A stretch of 64,000 bases of DNA from Gekko japonicus (taxonomy: Eukaryota). A program made the position numbers and the translations under genes. The stretch spans positions 287,930 through 351,929 of the forward strand of contig NW_015162482.1 in the NCBI RefSeq assembly GCF_001447785.1, read 5' to 3'. Under the pieces are notes generated by a model. It did no database searches. It had not been told where the DNA came from and saw only the letters and a program-made list of their open reading frames with translations. Below, one piece after another: positions 61,429 to 64,000 of this stretch. Numbering within the stretch: the first letter of the stretch is position 1; every line of letters begins with the position of its first letter.

Positions 61429-62644
61429 ACATAAAGTCAAAGATCCCTTTCTTTCTGTTCTATATTTATTGTATACATTACAATTGAATTGTCTGCTTCC
61501 CCCCTGATATTTGTGACAGTTGGCTTTGTCTCATGAGGTGCAGTCCCTGCTTAGTTAGTTCTGTTTGTTATCTGCAAGTATAAATTGCATGAGCTCCCTT
61601 TTTCTGAAACCTTTAGCTCCAATCCCTGTATCTCCTTGCTTAGATGTTGTTTTGAGCACATCCATCTTTGCCGTCATGAACCTGAGACCAGGAACCTGAC
61701 TATCTTAATCCTGCTCTACTAATATTACACTTTCCAACTCCAACAGACTTTTTCTTTCCAACATCAACTTGACATCTGCTCTGGTATATGCTTTATTTCA
61801 TTTAAAGTACTTATATCATGCCTTGTTCTCAATGGCTCCAGGCAGCTCACAAAATAATATCTGATAGTGTCCATAATTACAAATTAAAATTCCAATAACA
61901 TATCAGTTCACAGTGACAAACCAAGACCATACCCTGTACCACACACTCCAGTTGTGACTCCAGCTACCAACTCAAAACCATAACTGAAAAGTCCAACCAA
62001 ATAATATTACTTAAAACCTCTTTCATGAGGTCAATAACCAAGAAGCCGTTCCATCAGGCAATTTCAAAACAGTGGTGCTGCAACCAAGGAAGTATGGGCA
62101 AAGAAGGATTTTATCAGCCATGTTTGGGAGAAACAGTAAGCCACATGAGCTCATATATATATATAGAGGCAATCCTTCAGCTACATGGAGGACCAGGTGT
62201 GAAGGTAAGAACCAGCACATTAAAGTGAGCTCAGAAACTAACAGGCAACTTACACATAGTGCGTTATATTAACCTAATGACTTTAGTTATTTTAAATATA
62301 TCTTCCACTGGGAATATGATTGTTGTTTCTTTTAATGTTATAAGAGAACAGCCATGTTCTACAGAGTTACAATGAATGTTAATAGCATTAAGAGCAGAGA
62401 GCAAAAGAGTTCACAAATACTTATGCAACAATGAAATCTCCAGTTTGGCCAGACTGTTCTCTATGACAATTGTAAATACAGTCCAGGATTTTGCATAAAA
62501 ACAAAGTTTATGGCAGGTTCAACAAAATATTTTCAGATGTATACATCCAAAGGAATTATTCCATACATGATACCATGGATGGAGACAATTATACAGGAAC
62601 AAGTGAATAATTTTTATTTTGTAGGGTACACCCTGCTGGCACAC

Positions 62645-62865
62645 ACAAAGAACCAAAATTCAAAAACAAAATCCATGCAACACTTTTTATTAGGGCAAAT
62701 AAAAATCACATAAAACTCTACAAGCTTTTGAGTTCTCCAACTCTTCATCAGCCTCAATTAAGAACGTCCCATTTGAGGAAGAGCTCTGGAGCTTGTATAG
62801 TGTTTTGTGTTACTGTATTTTGGTTGGTTCTAAAAAAAGGTATTACATGGCTTTTGTTTCTTTGG
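62645..62865. mobile_element. Degraded Penelope-like inverted terminal pair
   Basis: Imperfect inverted arms around CTCTTCATCAG / TGAGGAAGAG (hammerhead-core-like CTGATGA on the minus strand). Confidence 0.45.
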
Positions 62866-64000
62866 AATTTGCATTGGATAGACATAGATTCTTGCAACCA
62901 GATAAAACCATGACAATATGACTACTCACAAAGCCTACCCCATTCCTTTTAGGCTATTATATATTTGTTAAAACTGAGGAAAGAACTGCGGAAACTGGCT
63001 TCCAACAAGCACATGAAATAAGCTTAAAATTGTAGCTGCTGCTTGACTCCTCTGTCATTTTGCTGCCCCAGAAACATGGCTACCCCTTTACAGCTGAGTA
63101 ATGGCTGTTTAAAAAGTATGTACACAGATGTTTAAAAATAATGGTTCAGAGTGTTCCTGGGAATGAGATGCCCCACTGTAGTAGAGTCGGTAGTCTTTCT
63201 TTCCTATATCAGTTGCCTTCCATGGAAATAGGTGTTCCTTGCTAATACAATTTACAATACAATTTAACTTAAAACATGTACATCTAATATTAATCTGACA
63301 CTGGGCAAAGTTCATCTCATTTGCATGCTGATAGCCAGTTTCTCAAAGATTTTATCAAGAGGTCTCCTGGTGGTATTTTACTACAGAATAACAGGAAGAT
63401 TGTGAATTTCTGCCTGGTTTTGATTATCATTTTATTCAACATCCTATCAAAAATCTCATGTGGGAACTATCTGTGTTATTGTTTCTCCTCAAGAGCTATT
63501 TCTGGGACGGAATACTGATCCTCCTCCAAGGTCATATCTGAAGATTCGTAAGGAAAGGTTCTACTTGTTTCGCTTTTTGGAGTCTTAAATTTAAGTGTTC
63601 AGTTTCTGCGAGACCTATAGGTTTCAGCTAGATCATAAAGGAAGGTTAGGTCAGTTCTGCTTCCTTTGTGCTTTTTTCTTTGGAATTCCACAGTGTCCAA
63701 TCCCAATCATAAGGGGAACCCTGTGGGACATGGCAGGGGAACAAATGCCTATCTGAGTCTTATCACAACTCCAGCAGTTACTCCCTGGCTAATTTCTGAA
63801 CAAAAGGGCCACTCTGTGTAAGTAATGGGGAGACGCTCCTACAGAGGCTTTGAGGAAGGCAAGCTGTGCATTAGCCGGGGCTGCCGGCTTCTGTGGGGGT
63901 GGGGAATCCCCTGTCCCCAGGTCACATTGCCTGCCAGCACTCCAATGGCCAGCAGGAGGGGGGAGAAATAAAAACGGCGAGAGCCTGACGTCACTTGAGC

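Overview
Vertebrate genomic DNA from a squamate reptile, probably a gecko (inferred from Sauria/Squam-type SINEs, BovB and reptile-type MITEs). It is a draft assembly with four N gaps. Two genes are recognisable, both on +. DNAJC14 is complete: CpG-island exon 1 ends at 7757 and six coding exons run from 8041 to 19318. GDF11 is present only as its promoter and exon 1 (ATG 41202, donor after 41604); its intron 1 runs past the window end. The rest is intronic or intergenic DNA dense in transposons: L1, L2, CR1, RTE-BovB, Penelope-derived pieces, DIRS, hAT and Harbinger MITEs, Helitrons, and tRNA- and 5S-derived SINEs. Most notable observations: (1) a single in-frame TAG at 8260-8262 interrupts the apparent N-terminus of DNAJC14; (2) two non-autonomous Helitrons lie on either side of the GDF11 promoter and carry octamer+CCAAT modules, amplified into three identical 140-bp units in one copy; (3) the GDF11 promoter has a myostatin-like motif order; (4) GDF11 intron 1 contains Cdx/Hox and Smad motif clusters; (5) a perfect 176-bp inverted repeat is bounded by a 15-bp target-site duplication; (6) the DNAJC14-GDF11 arrangement differs from the human locus. 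No novel protein-coding system could be supported. Comparisons with human genes and repeat families are from memory, not from searches.
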